DNA of 64,000 bases from an uncultured delta proteobacterium (GCA_963812015.1 CAWETI010000002.1:704001-768000); one strand, 5' to 3'. Counted from the stretch's first letter, positions 47,930 to 57,336 are shown. Notes: generated from the letters alone by a model not told the origin. Numbers and translations are program-made.

Positions 47930-49270
47930 ATGGCATTAACTGGAATTGAAATCTTTAAAATGCTCCCCAAGACCAACTGTAAGGAATGCGGCTTTCCCAC
48001 CTGTCTGGCCTTTGCCATGGCCCTGGCCAGCGGTAAGGCCGAGTTGGATAAATGTCCTTACGTGTCCGATGAGGCCAAGGAAAAACTTGCCGCAGCCTCG
48101 GCCCCGCCCATCCGCCCCGTCAAACTGGCGATGAAGGAAGGGGTCAAGACCATCGGTGGTGAGACCGTGATGTTCCGGCACGAGAAGACCTTCTTCAACC
48201 CCACCATCATCGCCGGTCTGGTGACCACCGCTGCACCCGATGCCGAGGTAGACGCCAAGCTGGCTCAGTTCATGAAGTTGCAGTACGACCGGGTGGGTCT
48301 CCTGCTCCGGCCGGAAATGATGGTTGTACATGATGCTAACGGCGACGCCGGGAAGTTTGCCGCCCTGGCTAAGAAAGTCATGGACAAGACCGACGCCGCG
48401 ATCCTGCTGTGCTCCGATAAAGCTGATGTCCTAAAGGCCGGGGCCGAGGCCGCTAAGGACCGGAAGCCGATGCTGGGCGTCGCCACGCCTGAGAATGCCG
48501 ATGCCATCGGCGCTGTGGCCAAAGAAACGGGGCTGGCCCTGGTGGCCAAAGCCGACGGCTATGACGCCCTGGCGGCCCTCACTACCAAGCTCACCGGCAT
48601 GGGCCTGAAAGACCTGGTGATCGATGCCGGAGCCCGGGCCCTGAAACAGGCCCTCCAGGATCAGATCGTCATCCGCCGGGCTCCCCTGACGGCTCAGTTC
48701 AAGCCTTTCGGCTTCCCCACCATCACCGTCCCGGCCCAAATGACCGATGATCCCATGATGGAAAAGCTCTACGCTGCGGTCTTCATTGCCAAGTACGGCG
48801 GCATCGTGGTGGTCAACGACCTGTCCGCCGACGGGATCTTCCCGCTGCTGCTGGAGCGCCTCAATATCTTCACCGACCCGCAGAAGCCCATGATCATCAC
48901 CCCGGGCATCTACGAGATCGGGACTCCGGGCCCGGATTCCCCCGTGGCCATCACCACCAACTTCGCCCTCACCTACTTTATCGTGTCCGGCGAAATCGAG
49001 GCCAGCAAGGTTTCCACCTGGCTGCTCATCCAAGACACCGAGGGCCTGTCGGTGATGACCGCCTGGGCCGCCGGGAAATTCTCCGGCGACTCGGTGGCGA
49101 TGTTCGTGAAGAAGTGCGGGATTGCCGACAAGGTTAAGACCCGTACGCTCCTCATTCCAGGCTATGCCGCGGGTATCAGCGGTGATCTGGAAGAGGAACT
49201 GCCCGATTGGAAAGTTCTCATCGGGCCCCGGGAAGCCTCCCATATCCCGGCCTTGCTGAAAACCCTGTAG
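47930..49270 (+). CDS. acsC: Corrinoid iron-sulfur protein large subunit
   Basis: LPKTNCKECGFPTCLAFA, IFTDPQKP and TTNFALTY motifs. Confidence 0.95.
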   Translation: MALTGIEIFKMLPKTNCKECGFPTCLAFAMALASGKAELDKCPYVSDEAKEKLAAASAPPIRPVKLAMKEGVKTIGGETVMFRHEKTFFNPTIIAGLVTTAAPDAEVDAKLAQFMKLQYDRVGLLLRPEMMVVHDANGDAGKFAALAKKVMDKTDAAILLCSDKADVLKAGAEAAKDRKPMLGVATPENADAIGAVAKETGLALVAKADGYDALAALTTKLTGMGLKDLVIDAGARALKQALQDQIVIRRAPLTAQFKPFGFPTITVPAQMTDDPMMEKLYAAVFIAKYGGIVVVNDLSADGIFPLLLERLNIFTDPQKPMIITPGIYEIGTPGPDSPVAITTNFALTYFIVSGEIEASKVSTWLLIQDTEGLSVMTAWAAGKFSGDSVAMFVKKCGIADKVKTRTLLIPGYAAGISGDLEEELPDWKVLIGPREASHIPALLKTL

Positions 49271-49359
49271 TTCGCGTAGGAGCTCCTCAGATATCCGGGA
49301 AGAAAGCCCCAAGGGGCTTTCTTCCCCACCGACAGTACCGTCAAGAAGGGGGTCACCTG

Positions 49360-50250
49360 ATGAGTAAATTTTACCGAATCGGCGAAAACCTGAACGTGGT
49401 GACCAAAGTATATGGTCAAGCGATGAAGGAGCGCAATCCCAAACCACTCCAGGAGGTGGCCCTGAAAGAGGCCGAGGCCGGGGTGGATTTTATTGACGTC
49501 AATATCGGCCCGGCCCGCAAGGGCGGCGAAGAACTGATGGAATGGATCGTCAAGACCATCCAGGCAGTGGTGCCCAATGTGCCCCTGGCCCTGGACACCT
49601 CCAACATCGCCGCCATGGAAGCCGGTCTTAAGGCCCATAAAGGCCGTGCCCTGATCAACTCCATCATGGCCCGGCCCGAGCGCATGGACGGCATGATGCC
49701 CCTGGTGAAGAAATACGATGCCGACATGATCGGGCTGATGTGGGGCCCCGAGGGCATGCCCCGGGACGAGCACGAGCGCGGCATGCTCACCGCCGAAATC
49801 CTGGCCAAGGCGGCGGAATACGATATCGAGAACGAACGCATCTGGTTCGATCCCATCATCGCGCCGCTGAACATCCAGCAGAACCAGCTCATCGCCACCC
49901 TGGAATACATGCAGATGCTCCAGGATATCGCGCCCGGGTCCAAGTCCACCTGCGGCCTGTCCAACTCCAGCAATGGCGTGCCCGATGAGCTCCGGCCCAT
50001 CATCAACCGGACCTACGTCATCATGCTGCAGCGGTACGGCATGGTGTCCGCCATCGTCGACGCCTTCGACGATGAACTGGCCAATGTGGTCAATGGCAAA
50101 ATGCCCGAAGCCGTGAAAATCGTCCATGACATCATGGACGGCAAATCCGTGGACATCCCATCCATGTCCAAAACCTTGCAGAACTACGCCAAGACCGCCC
50201 GGGTCATCATGGGCCAGGTCTTGTTCTCCGATTCCTGGCTGGAAATCTAA
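49360..50250 (+). CDS. acsE: Methyltetrahydrofolate:corrinoid methyltransferase
   Basis: IGENLN, IDVNIG, LDTSN, INSI and GLSN pterin-binding barrel motifs. Confidence 0.9.
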   Translation: MSKFYRIGENLNVVTKVYGQAMKERNPKPLQEVALKEAEAGVDFIDVNIGPARKGGEELMEWIVKTIQAVVPNVPLALDTSNIAAMEAGLKAHKGRALINSIMARPERMDGMMPLVKKYDADMIGLMWGPEGMPRDEHERGMLTAEILAKAAEYDIENERIWFDPIIAPLNIQQNQLIATLEYMQMLQDIAPGSKSTCGLSNSSNGVPDELRPIINRTYVIMLQRYGMVSAIVDAFDDELANVVNGKMPEAVKIVHDIMDGKSVDIPSMSKTLQNYAKTARVIMGQVLFSDSWLEI

Positions 50251-50279
50251 GGACGCAGCATTCCCATCGCAGCAAACGT

Positions 50280-50387
50280 GTAGGGGCGGGTTTTAACACC
50301 CGCCCCTTTTTTGGTTTCTGGGGAGAGGGCCAGGGGCCGACGGCCCCTGCCCACTCCCCAGGCCCCTCCCCCAACCCCCATAAGGGA
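50280..50387. repeat. REP-like palindromes (GTAG-led hairpin with U-tract, then a G/C-run palindrome)
   Basis: GTAGGGGCGGGT-TTTAAC-ACCCGCCCCT-TTTT; GGGGAGAGGGCCAGGGGCCGACGGCCCCTGCCCACTCCCC. Confidence 0.65.
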
Positions 50388-50442
50388 AGGCGGGGTAAGC
50401 CCCAGTAACCGGTGGCCCGCTTTTTCCCCTTATCCCGATGTC

Positions 50443-52758
50443 TCAACAATGCTCTCTCAGGGCCAGCATGACCTCCTCCACGGCCCGCTCCAGCAAGTCC
50501 AGGTAGAGAGTCGTGTCATAGCCGTCCAACGCCTCCAGAAACGGCGCGGCTGCAACCCGGCACTCCTTGGGACCCTTTTTGCCCTCCCGGTGCACATAAC
50601 GCACCTTCTCCCCCGGCTGGATGTGGATGCCGGCGCCCTCCAATTGCCGGGTCGCCAGGGAGGTGGGAGTGTCCACCCGGTATTCTTCCACCTTTTGGGA
50701 CAACACCCGGGTAATGACCAGTTCCTGGGGGTTGATCCCCCCCTGCCGGAGACGTTGCCGGAAGCCTTCAGCCATAGCTTCCATCTCCGGCTTCAGGGCC
50801 GCCAGCTCCCCGGGCGTGGCCGCCTCGGCCATTTTTGCGAGCATGGCCTCCTGGGCCCGGCGCACAAAGGGCGGCGTGTCCCGCCGCCGGCACATGAGCC
50901 CGCGCACCTTAAGCGACCCGTCCCCGAAGACCCCGAAGTAGCGCGTCGCCACGGGCCGCTGAGGATCCTGTTTGGACGCCATAAAAAAAATCCAGCGGTA
51001 CACTCCCTCCAAGGCCAGCTTTACCCCCGTGACCCGGGAGACCTCCCGGCACAAGCCCTCCAGATCACCGGCTGTAAACCCTCGCTTCTGCACCCAGAGA
51101 CAGTCCGTGAGGCCGTGAAGCACCCTGAACCCCGCGGCCTCAAAGGTCTCCTTGGCGGCCAGCAGCTTGTCCCGGCCATAGGCGGTCACCGCTTCGTGGG
51201 CCTCAATGCGCCCGAACCGGGCGTTCTTGTATCCCAAATAGCCGAAGCAGGTAACCAACATCCACTTCAAGGCATTCTGCCGCTCTTTATAAAGCGCTGA
51301 TTCTTCTGGTGAAAGTTCCTTTACCCGAGTCTTTAAATCCTCTCTGAGTTTTAATATGGGCCTGAGCGTCCGGGGCACCAACCCCTCCCGCCGCCCACAG
51401 AGCCGGTAGCCAGCTTCGGGAACGAGGGTTGAGGGGAGGACCGGGGGATCAACGATCCCCCGCCCTCCCCTCAAACTCCCCTCCCACCCCCCTGTAAGGG
51501 GTTGGGGAAGGGGGTTTGGGGGAGTCTTTCGTAAGGGAAGAGGCTGTTCGCCCCTTGCCCTCTCCCCCAAACAGCAGCTACAATTCACCGTCTCCGGCGA
51601 GATATTATGAATCGTCATGATGGTGGGGTACATGGAGGCGAAGTCCACTTCCGCCACCTGGGTGTGGAGGCCCGGCGGCGGCATGAAGGTGAGGCCCCCC
51701 TTGTCGATGGTCAGCAGTTCCCTCGCGGTTTTGAAGTGTTCGGGTTCGGCTTTGCGCCAGGGGATGAGGATGCCGTCTGCGGTCGCCCGGGCCAGTTGCA
51801 TGGAGGTAATCAGCGTCCCGGGGCTGGACCGGGCCGCCTGTTGCAGGGGCATCTGGCCGATCCTGGCGATCTGGATGAGGCCCATAAGTCCCGATTCCCG
51901 GTAGTAGAAGGAGTTACGTCGGTCCAGGTGCCAGCGGCCGTAAAAGGGGGCGGAGGAGCCCTGGTAGACGATGCGGCCGTAAGAAAAATAGCTGCGGCCG
52001 CCGCTAAACCGCCGGGGGGGCGTATGCGCCTCCCGGTCCAGGGGCAGGTTTTCGTCATACTCCCGGCTCCAGCGCCAGACGGTGGGGATGATCTCTTCGT
52101 CGCCCCAGTCGCTCAACACCAGGTCAGGGTCCGTCTGTTTCAGCCAGCGTGCCAGTCCCCGCACCAGGGCTGGTTTATCCGGAGCCTCCAGCTCCAGGGT
52201 GCGGCCCTCCCAACCCACCGCCAGGCCGTTTCCCGCCCCGAGAGATATGAGAGGGTCCCGGGTGAGGGAAAGCGTCAGGGTGGCCAGGGGCGGCACGGAA
52301 AACTCCACCGCGAAGGCGTCCTCCCGGAGGCCAAGACGGAGCAAGCGCCCGTCTTCGGCCTCCACCTCATACCAGGCGCAGGGCCAGTAGCCGCGGGTAT
52401 AAAGATAGGTGGCCGCGATGTCCAGATCGCAGTTGTAACAAGCCACCTCTGCCGGAAGCGCCCCCAGCCACCGCCTCACCCGGGGCAGAAAGGCGTAGGC
52501 CTTCACCTCCAGGGCCACCACCGGGATCTCCCGGCCGGTCCATAAATCCTGGGCGCGGGACGGATAGGCCCGGCGCAGCCACCCCTTCTGGCCCAGGGCT
52601 CGGGCCAGGGACCGGACCCGCGCCTGGGGCCCGCCCAGATAGAGACGGTAAGGGAAATCATCCTCCAGGCGCAACCGCTCCCCCGTCGCGGTGATGAACC
52701 ACAAAACCATGCGGTCACCCAAGGGATAAAGATCAAACAGCCAGCCGGTGGTTTTCAT
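50443..52758 (-). CDS. Family B DNA polymerase of the PolB2-like group
   Basis: DKGGL, DFASMYP, NISPET and KWMLVTCFGYLGY; motif C reads HGLTDC instead of YGDTDS; no clear ExoI motif. Confidence 0.88.
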   Translation of the reverse strand: MKTTGWLFDLYPLGDRMVLWFITATGERLRLEDDFPYRLYLGGPQARVRSLARALGQKGWLRRAYPSRAQDLWTGREIPVVALEVKAYAFLPRVRRWLGALPAEVACYNCDLDIAATYLYTRGYWPCAWYEVEAEDGRLLRLGLREDAFAVEFSVPPLATLTLSLTRDPLISLGAGNGLAVGWEGRTLELEAPDKPALVRGLARWLKQTDPDLVLSDWGDEEIIPTVWRWSREYDENLPLDREAHTPPRRFSGGRSYFSYGRIVYQGSSAPFYGRWHLDRRNSFYYRESGLMGLIQIARIGQMPLQQAARSSPGTLITSMQLARATADGILIPWRKAEPEHFKTARELLTIDKGGLTFMPPPGLHTQVAEVDFASMYPTIMTIHNISPETVNCSCCLGERARGEQPLPLRKTPPNPLPQPLTGGWEGSLRGGRGIVDPPVLPSTLVPEAGYRLCGRREGLVPRTLRPILKLREDLKTRVKELSPEESALYKERQNALKWMLVTCFGYLGYKNARFGRIEAHEAVTAYGRDKLLAAKETFEAAGFRVLHGLTDCLWVQKRGFTAGDLEGLCREVSRVTGVKLALEGVYRWIFFMASKQDPQRPVATRYFGVFGDGSLKVRGLMCRRRDTPPFVRRAQEAMLAKMAEAATPGELAALKPEMEAMAEGFRQRLRQGGINPQELVITRVLSQKVEEYRVDTPTSLATRQLEGAGIHIQPGEKVRYVHREGKKGPKECRVAAAPFLEALDGYDTTLYLDLLERAVEEVMLALREHC

Positions 52759-52777
52759 AGATGTTAGGGAAGATGAT

Positions 52778-52823
52778 TTTGGGGTGAGGGCAGGGACCCT
52801 CGGTCCCTGGCCCTCACCCCAAA
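52778..52823. repeat. Palindromic repeat related to the 50318 copy
   Basis: TTTGGGGTGAGGGCAGGGACCCTCGGTCCCTGGCCCTCACCCCAAA. Confidence 0.65.
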
Positions 52824-53086
52824 TTTTCTTCTTCCGCCTTCAGGCGGCGCAGGCGCTCTTGGAGGGCGCTTATCATTTTCTGGTGCTCCAGGAGCATGGA
52901 CAGGAGCATGGACTCCAGGGGCCAGGGTTGGGAGGCGTACACCCCCGCCTGGAGGTGCAGGCGGGCCGACTCAAAGAGCCGGTCCAGGTGGGCCTGGTCC
53001 TCCCGGCGCAGGGCCCGGCGGAATTTCTGCCAGCGCTGCCGCTCTTCTTCCCAAACCTGGCTGTAAGGTAAAACCGTCCGTCCCAT
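52814..53086 (-). CDS. Small PolB2-associated helical protein (arCOG07300-like)
   Basis: MGRT...W.KFRRALRRED...DRLF..AR.H..A pattern; immediately upstream of polB2. Confidence 0.75.
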   Translation of the reverse strand: MGRTVLPYSQVWEEERQRWQKFRRALRREDQAHLDRLFESARLHLQAGVYASQPWPLESMLLSMLLEHQKMISALQERLRRLKAEEENLG

Positions 53087-53104
53087 AATTACCAGTTGTC
53101 AGAT

Positions 53105-53240
53105 GTAGAGTGGCCATACCACCCTACGGCTTCAAAGGAGCATAGGCTGGAAGCCTGTGCCACCAAAAACCTTTACAGGGGGCTGGGAGGGGAGTTTGAG
53201 GGGAGGGCGGGGGACTCGCGTCCCCCGGTCCTCCCCTCAA
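53105..53240. repeat. Cluster of REP-like palindromes
   Basis: GTAGAGTGG..CCACCCTAC (53105-53127); GCATAGGC-TGGAA-GCCTGTGCCAC (53140-53163); TTGAGGGGAGGGCGGGGGA..TCCCCCGGTCCTCCCCTCAA ending at 53240. Confidence 0.65.
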
Positions 53241-53458
53241 TTTTCCACCCCTCTCCTTCCCTTCACCCCGCCATCAGCATGATCAAGGCGCTTACCACGA
53301 TCAGGGTCAGGGTTCCCAGAAATTTCAAAATTTCCAGGAGATAGGTCATGGCGTCTGCCGGTAAGGCCAGGGCTTGGCTCAATTGCTTCAGCTTAACAAG
53401 AGCCGTAAATTTTAGCCCGGGATGCAGGTATTGGTACTCGGGTAAGAATACGTCCACT

Positions 53459-54103
53459 TTACAGGTCTCCTTTTTGAGGCCGGGCGGGGCTGGGTTGGCG
53501 ACGCTCCTGCCATAACGTGTCTCGAGGCGGCGCCGCATCCGTCGTCCCTAACCGGCGGGGCGCCTCGCTCCGGTCTTTCCGACTTTCCACTTCCACCAAG
53601 TAATCAATCACCGGGGCCAGCAGCCGGCCGAAGTGTTGGTTGGTGGCGGCCCGGGGCAGGAAGGGTTGCACCAGCAGCAGGGCGGACTGGATCTTGATCC
53701 GGGTCAGGTGGTGCACCAGGTCCTGAAAGAGGCGGCGGCGTTCGCTCAAGGGCACCTGTTCGTCGTAGAACAGGCTCACCGGCCCCAGGACCAGCACCAG
53801 GCTGCCGGGTGCAAGAATCGTCGGGAAGGTCTCCTCCAGGAGGCGCACCAGTTGGTGGGAGGTGAAGGCCCGGGCCACCCGTACCCGGGAGAGGGCTTCC
53901 TGGGGCGAAAGATTGTGGTGGACCGCCTCCCGGACCAGCCGGTACGGGTCAAAGCGGTTGGCCGCGTCCACCACCAGAACCGGCGCCCCCCGGGTTACCC
54001 CCCAGACCGCGGCGGCCGCGGCCACCGCCCGGAGGTGTTCCCCCCAAAGCAATACCCCCCGGCCCGGTTTCAGGGGTGCCAGATAGCGGCTTAAAGCCTT
54101 CAT
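53459..54103 (-). CDS. Inactive RecA/RadA-fold (ImuA-like) protein
   Basis: VLVVDAANRFDPY, RVRVARAFTSHQL and FYDEQV; no Walker A; ATGA overlap with lexA. Confidence 0.75.
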   Translation of the reverse strand: MKALSRYLAPLKPGRGVLLWGEHLRAVAAAAAVWGVTRGAPVLVVDAANRFDPYRLVREAVHHNLSPQEALSRVRVARAFTSHQLVRLLEETFPTILAPGSLVLVLGPVSLFYDEQVPLSERRRLFQDLVHHLTRIKIQSALLLVQPFLPRAATNQHFGRLLAPVIDYLVEVESRKDRSEAPRRLGTTDAAPPRDTLWQERRQPSPARPQKGDL

Positions 54104-54723
54104 CCGCGTCTTTTGCCCTCCAGGTTGCGGTACACGCCCACCACCTTGCCCAGGATCCGCACGTCGGCGGCCTCTGCCGGAGAGAAGCGCAGGGGGGTGA
54201 AATCCGGGTTGTCGCCCTTGAGGACCAGGCCTCCGGCCTCCTCGTACACCCGTTTCAGGGTAGCCTCATCGTCGATGAGCGCCACCGCGATCTCCCCCCG
54301 AGCCACCCGGGCCTGCACCCGGACCATCACCAGGTCGTCGGGCAGGATCACCGGGGCCATACTCTCCCCGGTGACCCTCAGGAGAAAGACCTCCTCCCCC
54401 CGGACCCAGGAGCGGGGCAGGGGCAGGGTCTCTTCGACGTTTTCGCTGGCCAGCAGGGGTTGACCCGCGGCAATGCGGCCCAGCACCGGCACTTCCACCA
54501 CCGGCCCAGGGCTGCGGGAGGTCAGGGACAGGCCCCGGGAGAGCCCCGGTTCCCGATGGAGGAAGCCTTTGCGCTTCAAGGCCGCCAGATGGTCCACCGC
54601 GGCCCGGGGTTGGATACCGAAGGCGGCGGCCACTTCCCGCACCGTGGGGGGATAGCCCTGGCGCTCGCAAAACTCCTCCACAAAGGCCAAGATTGCCTGT
54701 TGTCGGTCGGTTAATGGCTTCAT
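54100..54723 (-). CDS. lexA: SOS repressor LexA
   Basis: LTDRQ, GYPPTVRE, IAAG cleavage site, GESM serine and ATLKR lysine. Confidence 0.95.
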   Translation of the reverse strand: MKPLTDRQQAILAFVEEFCERQGYPPTVREVAAAFGIQPRAAVDHLAALKRKGFLHREPGLSRGLSLTSRSPGPVVEVPVLGRIAAGQPLLASENVEETLPLPRSWVRGEEVFLLRVTGESMAPVILPDDLVMVRVQARVARGEIAVALIDDEATLKRVYEEAGGLVLKGDNPDFTPLRFSPAEAADVRILGKVVGVYRNLEGKRRG

Positions 54724-54729
54724 GGCCTT

Positions 54730-54758
54730 AAACTACTATACAAAAGAATACGTGTCAA
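54730..54758 (-). promoter_or_regulatory. Sigma70 promoter of lexA (predicts leaderless mRNA)
   Basis: TTGACA-17 bp-TAGTTT-6 bp-ATG. Confidence 0.55.
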
Positions 54759-54859
54759 GAGAATAGTTAAGAGCAGCCAACGATTTGTTTCCCGGCGCTT
54801 TCCTCCCCCGGTTGTGCCGAGGTTGTTTTATGGTCAGGGTCTTGATATGTTGAATTATT

Positions 54860-56023
54860 ATGGAACAGCAGCCAGCAAGCGCCGTGTCCCGCCGGGCCCG
54901 GGAAATCACCCCGTTTTTGGTGATGGACATCCTGGAGCGGGCCAAGGAATTGGAACGTCAGGGGGAGCACGTCATCCACCTGGAGATCGGGGAGCCGGAC
55001 TATGACACGCCCCAGGTGGTCAAGGACGCGGCCTACCGGGCCATGGCCGCGGGGGAAACCCAGTACACCCATTCCCAGGGGCTCCTGGAACTGCGGGAGG
55101 CCCTGTGCCAGCATTATTGGGACAAGTACCGGGTTTGGGTCAAGCCGGAGCAATTCATCGTCACGTCGGGGACCTCCCCGGCCATGATCCTCATCTTCGG
55201 AGCCCTCCTGGACCCCGGCGACGAGGTGCTGCTTCCCGACCTTCATTACGCCTGCTACCCCAACATCCTCAGGCTGGTGGACGCGGTGCCCCGCTACGTG
55301 CCGGTGCAGGAGGCAGACGGCTTTCAGTTGAACCCGGAGGAGTTGGGGCCATATCTCACGCCCCGGACCAAAGCGGTGCTCGTCAACTCTCCCGGCAACC
55401 CCACCGGCACCCTGATGAGCGCGGCGGGCCTGGCCCGCCTGGCGGAGCTGGGCCCCTACGTCATTTCCGATGAGATCTACCACGGCCTGGTTTACGAAGG
55501 CCAGGAGCACTCCATCCTGGAGTTCACCGACCGGGCCTTTGTCATCAACGGCTTCTCCAAGGTCTACGCCATGACCGGCTGGCGCCTGGGGTACCTCATA
55601 GCGCCGCCGGACTTCATCCGGCCGCTCCAGAAGTTGATGCAGAATTTTTTCATCTCTGCCAACCCTTTTGTCCAGCGGGCCGGCATCGCCGCCCTGACCC
55701 TGGCCGGCCCCGAGATCGAGGCCATGCGGGCCACCTATGACGCCCGGCGCCGGTTTTTGCTGGCTGGCCTCGCCCGATTAGGGTTCCGGATTCCCGTTCC
55801 TCCCACCGGGGCCTTCTATGTCTTCGTCAACGCCCGCCACCTCTCGTCCGATTCCTACGCCCTGGCCTTCGACATCCTGGAAAAAGCCAAAGTCGGGGTG
55901 GCCCCGGGCATCGACTTCGGCCCCGGGGGCGAAGGCTTTCTCCGCTTCTCCTACGCCAACTCTCTGGAGAACCTGGCGGAGGCCCTGCGCCGTTTGGAGA
56001 CCTATCTGGCCCGGCGCGCTTAG
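54860..56023 (+). CDS. Class I PLP-dependent aminotransferase (aspartate aminotransferase-like)
   Basis: IGEPD, NSPGNPTG, SDEIY and FSKVYAMTGWRLG motifs. Confidence 0.92.
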   Translation: MEQQPASAVSRRAREITPFLVMDILERAKELERQGEHVIHLEIGEPDYDTPQVVKDAAYRAMAAGETQYTHSQGLLELREALCQHYWDKYRVWVKPEQFIVTSGTSPAMILIFGALLDPGDEVLLPDLHYACYPNILRLVDAVPRYVPVQEADGFQLNPEELGPYLTPRTKAVLVNSPGNPTGTLMSAAGLARLAELGPYVISDEIYHGLVYEGQEHSILEFTDRAFVINGFSKVYAMTGWRLGYLIAPPDFIRPLQKLMQNFFISANPFVQRAGIAALTLAGPEIEAMRATYDARRRFLLAGLARLGFRIPVPPTGAFYVFVNARHLSSDSYALAFDILEKAKVGVAPGIDFGPGGEGFLRFSYANSLENLAEALRRLETYLARRA

Positions 56024-56037
56024 ACGGGGGTATTTCC

Positions 56038-56508
56038 ATGGCCCAAGAGCAACTTCCCCGTGACGAAGCCATTGATTTTCTGACCCAGGAAACGGTTGGA
56101 CATCTGGCAACCTGTGATCCTGCCGGCCATCCATACATTACTCCCCTCAACTATGTGTATCATCAGGGGAAAATCTATTTTCACTGCGCACCTGAAGGCC
56201 GTAAGTTAGATAACCTGGCCGCCAATACCCGGGTATGCTTCGAGGTGAGCCGCATCGACAAGACGATATTCGGTCCTGTGGCTTGCGCCTGCTCGACGCG
56301 TTATACTTCGGTCTTGGTGTTCGGTACGGCTGGCGTGGTGGAGGATATAGCCCGAAAAATCGAGATACTCAATGCCCTTACGGAGAAGTTTGCTGCCGGG
56401 CGGCCCTTTCACCCTCTTAATGCCAAGGCAGCCGCACGCTGCACCGTCGTCGAAATCGCGGTGGCATCGATACACGGCAAACGCAACGTCGATCCCAAGG
56501 CAGACTGA
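56038..56508 (+). CDS. Pyridoxamine 5'-phosphate oxidase-like flavin-binding protein (NimA-like)
   Basis: PYITPLNY, IYFHCA.EGRK, VCFEV and Y.SVLVFG motifs. Confidence 0.85.
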   Translation: MAQEQLPRDEAIDFLTQETVGHLATCDPAGHPYITPLNYVYHQGKIYFHCAPEGRKLDNLAANTRVCFEVSRIDKTIFGPVACACSTRYTSVLVFGTAGVVEDIARKIEILNALTEKFAAGRPFHPLNAKAAARCTVVEIAVASIHGKRNVDPKAD

Positions 56509-56832
56509 AATCTATCTTGATAGCATCACCCTCGGTTTTCTGCCGATGGTTTTTTTAATATATTAATAACTTCCCCTCCGCGGCGTAGTCAGCGCCACCG
56601 TTGCCTTACCGCCGTCTGCCCCCCTCTCCTTTTGCCAACCCCCGGTTTTCCCAGGTCGGAATGGCCCGGATCATTTTGTCAATTTGACAAGGAAAAACCC
56701 GGTGGACCGGCCTTTCTCTCAATTTAAGATTGAGGGGGGAAGAGCTCTGAGGAGCGCCTGGGGAGAAACGGCGTATCAAATAATAGTTTTAATAAATTCA
56801 ATGAGTTATTGTCGCGGAGGCAAGTTGTGGTC

Positions 56833-56849
56833 TTGGCAAGCTTTATGCA
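56833..56849 (+). promoter_or_regulatory. Putative sigma54 promoter
   Basis: TTGGCAAGCTTTATGCA gives GG-N10-GC; IHF-like ATTCAATGAGTTA just upstream. Confidence 0.55.
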
Positions 56850-56904
56850 TTTTAAAGGGGCAGGTCGCCAGAGGCGACCCATTAAACCGGTAGGAGAAAA
56901 ATCC

Positions 56905-57228
56905 ATGAAGAAGATCATCAGCACGTTAACCGCCATGACCTTTGCTTTGGGTCTGGCGGCGGCAGCCCAGGCTCAGGTGGCAAAAACCCCGGAAAAGCCC
57001 GCGGTGCAAAACACCCAGGCGGCCCCGTCCACGGTAGTCCCCAAGGAAGCCGCCAAACCCGGCGACCCGGCGGCAAAGGATGCGGTCAAACCTGGAAACC
57101 CGGACAACACCAAATCTCAGGGCAAAAAAGAGTCGGCAAAGAAGGCAACCCAGAAGGTAGCCAAGCAGGGCAAAGCCGAGAAGAAAACCGGCGCCCCCAT
57201 GGTAACGCCCCAAGAGGGCACGAAGTAA
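56905..57228 (+). CDS. Secreted Lys/Ala/Pro-rich low-complexity protein
   Basis: AGGAG SD; signal peptide MKKIISTLTAMTFALGLAAAAQA. Confidence 0.75.
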   Translation: MKKIISTLTAMTFALGLAAAAQAQVAKTPEKPAVQNTQAAPSTVVPKEAAKPGDPAAKDAVKPGNPDNTKSQGKKESAKKATQKVAKQGKAEKKTGAPMVTPQEGTK

Positions 57229-57299
57229 TTCCGGGCCAGTCACCTTAACGGCAAGCCGGGCTTAGCCAAGTCCCCGCCCTAAAGGGACCGGGGCATCTG

Positions 57300-57336
57300 G
57301 CCGGGAAGGGCTAATCCACCCTTCCCGGCTTTTTTT
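57300..57336 (+). terminator. Rho-independent terminator
   Basis: GCCGGGAAGGG-loop-CCCTTCCCGGC followed by T7. Confidence 0.85.

Noticed and set aside
53263..53538. ORF ending in a hydrophobic 28-aa segment within the SOS cassette
   Set aside because: Overlaps the upstream gene, has no SD for the internal ATG and no recognisable family.
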